A stretch of DNA of 32,000 nt, taken from the NCBI RefSeq assembly GCF_000039765.1, contig NC_004460.2:210001-242000 (forward strand). The letters run 5' to 3'. Below the pieces are notes generated by a model. The model did not search any database and was not told the origin of the DNA. It worked only from the letters and a program-made list of their open reading frames with translations. Source of the stretch: Vibrio vulnificus CMCP6. Lineage in GTDB: Bacteria > Pseudomonadota > Gammaproteobacteria > Enterobacterales > Vibrionaceae. Of this stretch, positions 16,562 through 24,782 are shown one piece after another; the first letter of the stretch is position 1; each line of letters opens with the position of its first letter. The translations under genes were made by a program, and so were the position numbers.

Positions 16562-17530
16562 TTAGGCGTCCAACGCATCGATCGTAACAGCAACAAACGC
16601 ATGGTCACTGGCAAATTGGTCAACCTCAAAACTGGGGTTGACCAGATGTTTATCCCAAACGACAAGATGTGTGATTTTGCCCCTTTGCTGCGCGTTTTGT
16701 TGAGCAAATTCTTCAGAGAGCAGCAGATAATCGAGAATCAAACCTTGGCTGCCATGATAGTGAGTCGCCTTTTGCGCTTCATCGGTGAAAATAGGCTGTT
16801 CGCGTAGCCAATCACGCACGTCTTTCAATAAGGGAGTATTGCTTTCATCAACAAACGGCTTAAGTTCGGTGCTGTTTATGTTGGCGTTAAAATCGCCCAT
16901 AATCACCATCGGACGAGCATGGCTGGCGTAAATTTTCTTGATGTATTGGCTGAGCAGCACGGCTTCCCAACCACGTTGCACGGTGGACAACCAACTACCA
17001 ACTGGATCAGAAGGTGGCGTATTATCTGCTTGGTCGATCTGCTGCGTTTGCCATCGGGTTGGGCGTTGTGATTTAAGGTGCAGAGTGATGACATCGCATA
17101 GTCCAATGATCGGCAATTCAATAACCGCATGCAGGGGCAGTCGACTAAATTCTTTATTATCAGTGACGCTGTCACTATTTTCAGAATAATCCCCAAAGCA
17201 ATCCTTAAAGCGAACCAAACGGCTTTCAATCACTGGCCAACGAGAAGCTATCGCCAAGACGGGTTTGGAATAGATAAACTCGTCGGTGACATGAGGCTTA
17301 TCTAGGCAGACAAAATATGGGTAGCCCAAGTCGCTAGTCAGAGTGTTGAGCGCGTCTGGACTGAACACTTCTTGAAAGGCAACCACATCTGCGTTCATTG
17401 CTCGTAACTGCTGTGTGAGCCAAGTGGTTTTCTTGTTCCACTCGTTGTCAGTGAGAATGTTACTGAACTCGTAATAGGCTCCAGGAGGAGCAAGAAAGTT
17501 AAATAGGTTGCAACTGGCAATGGTAATCAA
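16562..17530 (-). CDS. Endonuclease/exonuclease/phosphatase (EEP) family protein
   Basis: EEP motifs: N-terminal ...SCNLFNF, ADVVAFQEV, MGDFNA, C-terminal SDHAFVAV. No obvious signal peptide. Confidence 0.8.
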   Translation of the reverse strand: MITIASCNLFNFLAPPGAYYEFSNILTDNEWNKKTTWLTQQLRAMNADVVAFQEVFSPDALNTLTSDLGYPYFVCLDKPHVTDEFIYSKPVLAIASRWPVIESRLVRFKDCFGDYSENSDSVTDNKEFSRLPLHAVIELPIIGLCDVITLHLKSQRPTRWQTQQIDQADNTPPSDPVGSWLSTVQRGWEAVLLSQYIKKIYASHARPMVIMGDFNANINSTELKPFVDESNTPLLKDVRDWLREQPIFTDEAQKATHYHGSQGLILDYLLLSEEFAQQNAQQRGKITHLVVWDKHLVNPSFEVDQFASDHAFVAVTIDALDA

Positions 17531-17542
17531 AATGTGGAATTC

Positions 17543-18355
17543 CTAGTCGACGTAACTGCTGATGACTTGCTCCACAATGCCCGAACCTTGAAGACGTTGC
17601 AATATTTGGTCGAACTGTGTGGTAAAAGGTTCTTTGAAAGGAAATCGCTCAGCGTAGGCGCTGTAGCCCAAATAACCATACTCTTCGCTGACATAGGCCG
17701 CCAGTGGGAAATACTCCGAGTGGTCGATGCGCCCTACGTCTTTTAGGCGTTTAATTTCCCACGCGATCGAAAGGCGATCATTGATATAGCAATCGACGCG
17801 CTTAGCGCGCATTTTCAAGATGTTTTCTTGATTGTCTTTGGCTTCTTCGATCTTGAGTTTGCCATCATGCGCGGCCATCCAAAACGCATCACCTCCAATA
17901 GAAAATGCGACGTTTATGCCTATGGTCAACCCATAAAAGTCTTCTGGCCATTTGGCTAACTCAGCGATGTTTTTTAACATCACTTCGTTGTGACAGTAAA
18001 CCACCACTTGTTCTTTGAGAATCGGCTTAGAGTAAGGGTGAATATAAGGGCGTCGATTCTCATAATAGTAGGGCGGAAAAAGGGCAAAGCCTTTCCCGGT
18101 TTCCAACAGTCGTAAACCGCGCACAAAAGGCACGGGTTTGATGGTTACACGATATTGAGGCATCTGATCAAAAACGTGTCTGAGAATATCAGGATAGATG
18201 CCAACGGCATTCCCTTGGATTTGGTAGCTGTATGGGGGATAGGCATCGTCGCTGTAAATGGTGACGGGAATGACTTCCTCGCTGGCCATAAGGTGAGCAG
18301 CATTTAGGTAGAGTACACTGACCAAGGTGATTTTCGCTTTTGTGCTGATTTCCAT
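17543..18355 (-). CDS. Periplasmic solute-binding protein, family 3-like (orphan; no cognate permease or ATPase adjacent)
   Basis: Hydrophobic N-terminus ITLVSVLYLNAAHLMA. The motif ...IYSDDAYPPYSY... is typical of the SBP_bac_3 N-lobe. Ends 12 bp upstream of the EEP gene on the same strand. Confidence 0.7.
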   Translation of the reverse strand: MEISTKAKITLVSVLYLNAAHLMASEEVIPVTIYSDDAYPPYSYQIQGNAVGIYPDILRHVFDQMPQYRVTIKPVPFVRGLRLLETGKGFALFPPYYYENRRPYIHPYSKPILKEQVVVYCHNEVMLKNIAELAKWPEDFYGLTIGINVAFSIGGDAFWMAAHDGKLKIEEAKDNQENILKMRAKRVDCYINDRLSIAWEIKRLKDVGRIDHSEYFPLAAYVSEEYGYLGYSAYAERFPFKEPFTTQFDQILQRLQGSGIVEQVISSYVD

Positions 18356-18500
18356 ACCACAACCATTTGCTCTTACCGTTCTATAACTTTAGCTTACTTG
18401 GCCTTAACGGGTAAAAATCCTTGCTGAAGAAATCGTAATAGTTATTTCTATTTGTGGTTTGAGGGTTTAAACTGCGGCAAATTTTTTGCGAGGTACCCCC

Positions 18501-19055
18501 ATGAGCCAAGAACACCTAAGCCAAGATCACGAATACGAAGAAGAGCAGTTTGGTGAAGAAATTGAAATTGAAGCCATTGGCGTCGAAGTTTCCGTTCAGC
18601 CTATCGAACTCTACAAAGTATTTAAGATCGCCAATCTAGTCAGTGGTGGTGGCGAAGCAAAACACGTGATTGCTGAAGGTTATGTGGCCGTGAATGGCGA
18701 ACTCGAAACCCGCAAACGTCGTAAAATGTACGATGGTGATTTCTTTGAATTCAACCAAGAGTACTATGTGGTCGTGTGTGATGCGCCTGTTACCGAACCT
18801 GAAACCGAGCAAGAGAAAGCCGAGAAGAAAACGCAAAAACAAGCCCAAGCTGCGCGTAAAGAGAAATCTCGCCAAAGCAAAAATGCCAAACCCAAAGGCA
18901 CAGGTCCAAAATCAACTGGGCGAAAAGCCGCACATAAAGAGCGGAAAGCGCAGAAAGAAGCCTTGTCACAGTCAGCGAAGAAAGGCCAGAAAGCAGAAAA
19001 GCCTCAAGCGACGCGCGATCCGAAGAGTGGCCGCAATTCGATCGATTTCTTCTAA
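18501..19055 (+). CDS. S4-like RNA-binding (YbcJ family) protein with acidic N-terminal segment and ~85-aa Lys-rich C-terminal tail
   Basis: The core IELYKVFKIANLVSGGGEAKHVIAEGYVAVNGELETRKRRKMYDGDFFEF aligns by eye with E. coli YbcJ (...SGAQAKIAIAEGQVKVDGAVETRKRCKI...). The tail is KAEKKTQKQAQAARKEKSRQSKNAKPKG...KKGQKAEKPQ. ATG at 18501; the track start at 18486 is a TTG. Confidence 0.75.
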   Translation: MSQEHLSQDHEYEEEQFGEEIEIEAIGVEVSVQPIELYKVFKIANLVSGGGEAKHVIAEGYVAVNGELETRKRRKMYDGDFFEFNQEYYVVVCDAPVTEPETEQEKAEKKTQKQAQAARKEKSRQSKNAKPKGTGPKSTGRKAAHKERKAQKEALSQSAKKGQKAEKPQATRDPKSGRNSIDFF

Positions 19056-19079
19056 CCTTGTCGGGTCAGTAGCTAAACG

Positions 19080-19107
19080 AAAAAAGCCGCAATCGCGGCT
19101 TTTTTTG
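19080..19107. terminator. Bidirectional rho-independent terminator between convergent genes
   Basis: AAAAA AGCCGC AATC GCGGCT TTTTTTT (stem arms at 19085-19090 and 19095-19100). Confidence 0.8.
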
Positions 19108-19126
19108 GATCTTGGGCTTCTTGCAT

Positions 19127-19960
19127 CTAGCGATGATCATCGTCAACCGCTAAGGAGATAGGCTGCGCTGCCCAGTAGTCGATCTTCTCAGGGCGACCAA
19201 AATGATAGCCCTGATAAAATTCCAGCCCCAGTTCACGCATGGCTTGATACTGTTCTTCTTCCTCAACCCCTTCCACAATCACTCTGGCACCAATACGTTG
19301 TGCAAGGTTGAGTGCGTGGAGTAACTCTTCTTGTTGCCCTGCGCAATAACTTAATAGATAGCCGCGGTCGATCTTTATCAAATCGGGTGTCAGTTCAACG
19401 GCGCGTTTTTCATCGGAATGGCCGGCGCCAAAATCATCAATCGCAAAGTGAAAACCTTTGGAACGTAGTACTTTTACGGCTTCGCGTAAATCGTCGTTCT
19501 GATAGCAAAGCTCTTCAATGACTTCAAAGGTGACATCAGACGGTGCCATACCAAGTTGTTTTAGTCGGCGAAATAAGAGGCTTCTGTCGACGTATTCGAG
19601 GTCTTTGGTCATGGTGATCAAAGAATTGGGCATCACGTTAAGAAAAAGCTTCACACCTTTCGCCGTGTAGTGCTTAGAAAAGTTGCGAATGTGAATGGCA
19701 CGAGAGAGAAATTCAACCGAAAGAATGTATTCATCACTGTGATTAGGATCGGCAAAGAAACGATCTGGCCGGATGAAATTCTGTTTCTCGTCTTGAATTC
19801 TCAACAAAGCTTCAAAGCCAATAAGTTGCATTAACTGATTGAATATTGGTTGAAAAACGCTCGAAAAGGTTAGGTTGTTTAGCAGCATTATGTAATCACC
19901 ATCGTCCTTTTGACGAATGTACTGCTCGTAGTCTGATTGAGTGATTAACTGCATATTCAC
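19127..19960 (-). CDS. Stand-alone EAL-domain protein (predicted c-di-GMP phosphodiesterase)
   Basis: All hallmark motifs are present: QPIF, FEALLR, FLNV, FEVIEE, DDFGAGHS, KIDRGY, EGVEEEEQ, YQGYHFGRP. There are only about 35 aa N-terminal to the domain. Confidence 0.9.
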   Translation of the reverse strand: MNMQLITQSDYEQYIRQKDDGDYIMLLNNLTFSSVFQPIFNQLMQLIGFEALLRIQDEKQNFIRPDRFFADPNHSDEYILSVEFLSRAIHIRNFSKHYTAKGVKLFLNVMPNSLITMTKDLEYVDRSLLFRRLKQLGMAPSDVTFEVIEELCYQNDDLREAVKVLRSKGFHFAIDDFGAGHSDEKRAVELTPDLIKIDRGYLLSYCAGQQEELLHALNLAQRIGARVIVEGVEEEEQYQAMRELGLEFYQGYHFGRPEKIDYWAAQPISLAVDDDHR

Positions 19961-20210
19961 AACCCTAAAGAATATCTACTGAAAAATGTAACACTTTGAT
20001 CAACTGAGTAAAGCAACAAAACAACTGTGGTTTATCGCGAACGCGTAAATTTGATTTGCGTTCAAAAATCATAGGTCGTTTCTAACTTAGTACATAATAA
20101 AATTTGACCAAACGCGAGACAGAATGCCATTTTATTTAGGGTTGTCACAAATTTGAGGCGAAATATTTTTAGAAGCGAAAAAAGCAAAGTGGATAAGGGA
20201 TGCTAGACGC

Positions 20211-20239
20211 AAAAAAAGGACCTGCCGAAAAGGCAGGCC
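20211..20239 (-). terminator. Rho-independent terminator after the pyruvate kinase gene
   Basis: Plus-strand A-run (20211-20217) and hairpin CCTGCC GAAAA GGCAGG (20221-20237). On the minus strand the hairpin is followed by TCCTTTTTTT. Confidence 0.65.
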
Positions 20240-20276
20240 AAGATCCCTGTGGAGCAGGAGGGGGGTGATTAAATGG

Positions 20277-21746
20277 TTATGCCGCAATGGCGGTTGTTAT
20301 GGGTGTTTCGTTTAGGTTTAGTAAGCGGCAGACATTCATATCGCCCACGCCTTCAACGGATTCTAACTGGGTCATCATGATGGATGAGATTTGCTTCTGT
20401 TTGGCATCAGCACCCAGTAGGCTGATGAGTTGATGCGCAATGTCACCGCGTTTGTCCAAAGTGGGGAGATAAACTGGGGTTACGCCGCGCAGAATCGCCA
20501 GTTTACGTAGCAATTCAGGTTTGTTCGAGACCGCCCAAATGGTTGCTTGGCTTTGACAACGCGACATCAATAGTGGCGTTTCACCATGTTGAGTCACGAT
20601 AGCGACTCCCAGATCTTTGTGTACTTTCGTTGCTGAGATCATGGATGAAAGAGCAAAGCTCTTGCCCGCGTCATTACACAGATGGTGCAGTTTATCCCAA
20701 CAGCCTTGTGCACAACTGGTTTCGTGCTCGACGCCTTGTGCAATTCGAACCATAGCCGCTACCGCTTCAACCGGATAGAGACCGGCTGCTGATTCAGCAG
20801 AGAGCATCACGGCATCCGTGCCATCAAGTACTGCGTTGGCAACGTCTAGAACCTCTGCGCGTGTTGGCAATGGGTTTTCGATCATCGATTCCATCATTTG
20901 TGTTGCCGTGATAACCGGTTTACCTAAGTACTTCGCACGAGCGATCAGCGCTTTTTGTACGCCAGGCAGGCGCGCGTCACCAATTTCCACGCCCAAATCG
21001 CCACGTGCCACCATAATGACGTCGGAGGCACGAATCACACCATCCATCGCTTCTTCGCTGGCAACCACTTCAGCACGTTCTACTTTCGCGACGATGTGTG
21101 CGTGACAGCCTGCTTGCAGAGCAAGGGAGCGAGCGTATTCGATATCGTCAGCGTTACGAGGAAACGACACGGCAAGAAAATCTGCTTTTAGTTCGGCCGC
21201 GGTAAGAATGTCTTGCTTGTCTTTGTCGGTTAACGCGGGGGCGGAAAGACCACCACCGAGTAAGTTAATTCCTTTGCGGTTTGAGAGTTTGCCCCCGTTC
21301 AATGCAATGGTGTTAACTAGGCGAGTTTGCGTATCAACGGCCGTTACTTCGAGCTGGATACGACCATCGTCAAGCAGCAGAATATTGCCGACTTGCAGGT
21401 CATCGATCAGCTCTGGATAATCCAAACCGACGCGTTCTTGCGTGCCCGCTTCGCGGTCGAGTGTGCCGTCGAGAATGAAAGGATCACCTGCTTTGAGCTG
21501 AATTGAGCCTTGCTCAAAGCAAGCGATACGAATTTTGGGACCTTGTAGGTCAACGAGTACGCCAACGCTGACGTTAAGTTCTTGTGCGATTTCACGCACC
21601 ATTTCAGCACGAGCAATGTGTTCTTCAGCGCTGCCGTGCGAAAAGTTTAAGCGCACTACATTCACGCCCGCTTGGATGAGTTGAGTGAGTTTTTCGCGTG
21701 TTTGACTGGCTGGGCCAAGCGTAGCGACGATTTTGGTTTTACACAT
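20277..21746 (-). CDS. pyk: Pyruvate kinase
   Basis: KTKIVATLGPAS, VNVVRLNFSHG, MVARGDLGVEI, ATQMMESM. I prefer the ATG at 21746 (AGGAA upstream); the track start at 21752 is a TTG. I cannot tell whether it is PykA- or PykF-type. Confidence 0.93.
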   Translation of the reverse strand: MCKTKIVATLGPASQTREKLTQLIQAGVNVVRLNFSHGSAEEHIARAEMVREIAQELNVSVGVLVDLQGPKIRIACFEQGSIQLKAGDPFILDGTLDREAGTQERVGLDYPELIDDLQVGNILLLDDGRIQLEVTAVDTQTRLVNTIALNGGKLSNRKGINLLGGGLSAPALTDKDKQDILTAAELKADFLAVSFPRNADDIEYARSLALQAGCHAHIVAKVERAEVVASEEAMDGVIRASDVIMVARGDLGVEIGDARLPGVQKALIARAKYLGKPVITATQMMESMIENPLPTRAEVLDVANAVLDGTDAVMLSAESAAGLYPVEAVAAMVRIAQGVEHETSCAQGCWDKLHHLCNDAGKSFALSSMISATKVHKDLGVAIVTQHGETPLLMSRCQSQATIWAVSNKPELLRKLAILRGVTPVYLPTLDKRGDIAHQLISLLGADAKQKQISSIMMTQLESVEGVGDMNVCRLLNLNETPITTAIAA

Positions 21747-21822
21747 CTTCAATTCCTATAACGACGAGACTAAAAAAGGGGTAGGAGAAACAGCAGGAGC
21801 TTTCGCCCCTGCTCAATGAACA

Positions 21823-23202
21823 TTAAGAAGCTGTGCGTGTTTGTAGCTTTTTGTCTTGTTCTTCGTCGATATCGACCACTTTCTTCGCATTCCATACCGT
21901 CAGTGCGAGTAGAACCGATACCACACCAGCGGCAAGCCAGAAGTACTGAGCGTTACCAAAGTCGTAGTGTTTTACGCCATCGACTTCAGTGATGGTGATC
22001 AGAGATGCAGAGATAAGCTCTTGAGCTGACGCTGCAATGTAAGAACACAGACCGATCAAACCTTTTACCGCACCAACCGCGTTTTTCGGCATCAGGTCAC
22101 AAGCAATCAGACCCGCGAGGAATACCACTAGACCACCGATAGAGAAGCCGATCATGCTCAGTGCCACTGCGTCGATAACACGGTTATCTGGGCCAAAGAA
22201 CATCAAACACATACCGGCAATGTTTGCCAATCCGTACAGTAGGTTAGGGATGTTACGGTTACCTTTGAACACTTTGTCTGAAAGGATACCTGACAGAATC
22301 GCACCCGCTAGACCGGCTGTTGGGTACATTGACATGGCAAAACCTGCGTCAATCAGTGAGTAACCTTTTGTTTCTTGTAGGAACAATACCGCCCAAGAAG
22401 ACATTGCGTAGCGAGAGATGTACATTGCCGCACAAGATAGGGCAATAAGCCATACCACAGGTTGTTTTAGGATAAACATCTGCGCACGACGTGTTTCTTT
22501 TGGGTCGTTCGCTTTCTTGATTTCGGTACCTTCGCCAAATGCAGTACCTGGATCTGGTAAGCCGTAAGTTTGTGGACGATCTTTCAGTACTTTCAGCATG
22601 ATCAGTGCAGCAACTACGGCAGCGATACCCGCGCCAATGAAACCTGCACGCCAGCCGAAGTAGCTCACTAGTGTCGCCGTTAGGATCCAAGTGATACCTT
22701 CACCGATGTTACGTGAACCACCCCAAATGGAGTAACGGCTACCACGCTGTTTTGGCGAAAACCATTGGTAAAGCGATACACACGAAGGTGCGGAACCCAC
22801 TGATTGGAACCAACCGTTTAAGCCCCAAAGCAGAACGAAGAAGAAGCCAACGGTGTTCATCCCCATCACAACCGAGAGTACACCCGATACCAGTAGGGAA
22901 CACGACATAAAGCGGCCAATGTTGGCGTAGTCAGATAGGAAGCCGTTTAAGAACTTACCGAAGGCGTAAGTGAAGAAGAACGCCGAACCCATGATACCGA
23001 GTTCTTCGATGGTCACGATGCCCGCATCGAGCATGGGCTTTTTCACAACACCCAAACTCATACGTACTACGTAAAAGACGGCGTAACCAAAAATAAGGCC
23101 TAAGAATACCTGCCATTGGTAGTTCTTGTAGCGCTTTAGCATTCCCTCGTTGGAGCTGTCTGATAACGGCGCATCCGGACGAGTTTTAAAGAAATTAAGC
23201 AT
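21823..23202 (-). CDS. pgtP: MFS organophosphate:phosphate antiporter (OPA family), PgtP-like phosphoglycerate/PEP transporter
   Basis: 12-TM MFS with a UhpT/GlpT/PgtP-type N-terminus (YKNYQWQVFLGLIFGYAVFYVVRMSLGV). GGAGAG Shine-Dalgarno before the ATG at 23202. Divergent from pgtCBA-like genes. The symbol rests on synteny and family, not on a search. Confidence 0.8.
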   Translation of the reverse strand: MLNFFKTRPDAPLSDSSNEGMLKRYKNYQWQVFLGLIFGYAVFYVVRMSLGVVKKPMLDAGIVTIEELGIMGSAFFFTYAFGKFLNGFLSDYANIGRFMSCSLLVSGVLSVVMGMNTVGFFFVLLWGLNGWFQSVGSAPSCVSLYQWFSPKQRGSRYSIWGGSRNIGEGITWILTATLVSYFGWRAGFIGAGIAAVVAALIMLKVLKDRPQTYGLPDPGTAFGEGTEIKKANDPKETRRAQMFILKQPVVWLIALSCAAMYISRYAMSSWAVLFLQETKGYSLIDAGFAMSMYPTAGLAGAILSGILSDKVFKGNRNIPNLLYGLANIAGMCLMFFGPDNRVIDAVALSMIGFSIGGLVVFLAGLIACDLMPKNAVGAVKGLIGLCSYIAASAQELISASLITITEVDGVKHYDFGNAQYFWLAAGVVSVLLALTVWNAKKVVDIDEEQDKKLQTRTAS

Positions 23203-23480
23203 GATTGCTCTCCATGTAAATCAACAAAAATGTGTTGTCGGGAGCATGATGAATCGGCCCGTTCATCCGTACAAAAGGGCGTTTTTGGGGCACATTTGAC
23301 CCAATTTGTTTTAAACGATGAGTCAAAAGTGAACCTAACCGCATAACGTTTGCTGTTCGATTGCTGATAAAATTACTAGCAAGAAGGGAAAATTGCGTCA
23401 GTAGTGACTCAGTCAGGGTTTCAAGTGATTTTCAGTAAAGTGTAGAGTTTTGATTGAACGCACAATTTTTAAGGTTATCG

Positions 23481-24782
23481 ATGGTGAGTAAAAAGCGATT
23501 TGCCGTGTTAGGTCGGTTTAGTTGGTTGTTTAGCTTGGTCTGTTTTGGTGCCAGTGCGGCATCGACGGACAAAGAGATCGTTGTATTGACGACTTTTTCC
23601 CAAGAGCCGTTGTCCATCCTAATTGATGAGTTCAAGTTGCGTCACCCTGATGCAGAAGTTCGTTTTATTCACCGCCGCAGTGAATCCAGTATCCAGCTGC
23701 TGGGCAAAACCTACATGCAGGATATCGACTTAGTTTTGAGCTCGTCGCCGTTTTTGATGCAGAAACTTTCTGAAAGTGAGCGCCTTGGCGATGTTGCTCA
23801 GCACGAAACCCTACCAAGTTGGATGTCGCCTTATGTATTGCCTCCTCAGCAGCAGGTACTGACTATCGGCTATTCGGGTGCTGGTATTGTGTGGAATCGC
23901 GATTACTTGCAAGCGCATCAACTGAACATCCCTGAACGGTTTATTGATCTCACTCGTTCTCAGTATTTTGGCCACATCACCATGAGTACCCCAAGTCGCT
24001 CTGGCACAACGCAAATGATGGTAGAAAGCATCCTAAGTCGATACGGTTGGCAGGATGGTTGGCGCATCTTGATTAACATTGGCGCTAACTTAGCGACCAT
24101 CTCTTCGCGCAGCTTTGGCGTGAGCGACTACATTGCAAAAGGGCAATTTGGTCTTGGTCCAACCATCGACAGTTACGCTTTGCTGATCCAGCGAAAATTT
24201 GACCATGTCGGCTTTGCGTTTGAATCGGATTTTACTCTGATGCCAACGTACATTGCCAAAACGCAACGCGCCAGCGCGGATCCTCTGGTGGACGATTTTA
24301 TGGCGATGTTGCTTTCTGCTCCAATGCAAGCGTCGTTAGGCAAAAACAGTTTCGCCAAATTCTCTTTGCATGATACCGAGCGCAAAGATGGTGATCACCC
24401 GGCATTGAACATTAGCGCAATTATGCAAAGAGAAGTGCTGACTAATCGCCTGTTTGATTTGGCCATCACCAAGCGCCTACCTGAACTAAAAGACACGTGG
24501 CAAACCATTATTCAACTGCGTAAGGCGTACGCCGATAACCCTGCTGTGTTAACGCAGCTCGAGTCCATCCGTCAACTTGCCTTTGATATTCCAGTGAGCG
24601 AAGCGGAGGTGCTGGAAGTGAGCAAGCAACTGGCACTCTCTTCCCAACAAGAAATGATGGATGATGGCTATGCTCAGGCTGTGATGGCGGAGTTTAGCCA
24701 TCGTGTCAGCGGCGCGCTTCATCGCCAATTAGCATCAGCAAATCAACGTTTGCAAACGCTAAAAAAGCAGGGTGAAGAATAG
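23481..24782 (+). CDS. pgtC: PgtC-like periplasmic binding protein (accessory sensor component)
   Basis: Signal peptide MVSKKRFAVLGRFSWLFSLVCFGASAAS. Type-1/iron-type SBP-like fold suggested by TPSRSGTTQMM. It immediately precedes the kinase gene, with its stop at 24780-24782 and the kinase ATG at 24783. The track start at 23454 is a TTG extension. Confidence 0.65.
   Translation: MVSKKRFAVLGRFSWLFSLVCFGASAASTDKEIVVLTTFSQEPLSILIDEFKLRHPDAEVRFIHRRSESSIQLLGKTYMQDIDLVLSSSPFLMQKLSESERLGDVAQHETLPSWMSPYVLPPQQQVLTIGYSGAGIVWNRDYLQAHQLNIPERFIDLTRSQYFGHITMSTPSRSGTTQMMVESILSRYGWQDGWRILINIGANLATISSRSFGVSDYIAKGQFGLGPTIDSYALLIQRKFDHVGFAFESDFTLMPTYIAKTQRASADPLVDDFMAMLLSAPMQASLGKNSFAKFSLHDTERKDGDHPALNISAIMQREVLTNRLFDLAITKRLPELKDTWQTIIQLRKAYADNPAVLTQLESIRQLAFDIPVSEAEVLEVSKQLALSSQQEMMDDGYAQAVMAEFSHRVSGALHRQLASANQRLQTLKKQGEE

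Noticed and set aside
18694-19161. 155-aa alternative-frame ORF, extremely Arg/Lys-rich, overlapping the S4-protein tail and running through the terminator
   Set aside because: It is a frame artefact of the AAG/AAA/GAA-rich low-complexity DNA that encodes the Lys-rich tail. It crosses a strong bidirectional terminator and enters the convergent EAL gene.
20030-20075. Inverted repeat GAACGC-N-GCGTTC upstream of the EAL gene as a terminator or sRNA end
   Set aside because: No U-run follows on either strand. It may be an operator, but with a single occurrence and no known consensus I cannot support a call.
23203-23480. Sigma54 (-24/-12) promoter expected for an NtrC-family-regulated pgtP
   Set aside because: No TGGCAC-N5-TTGC on either strand. 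The closest string, TGGGGCACATTTGACCC (23286-23302), lacks the -12 TTGC element and points away from pgtP. This is consistent with the degenerate AAA+ domain of the regulator, but an eye scan is not definitive.
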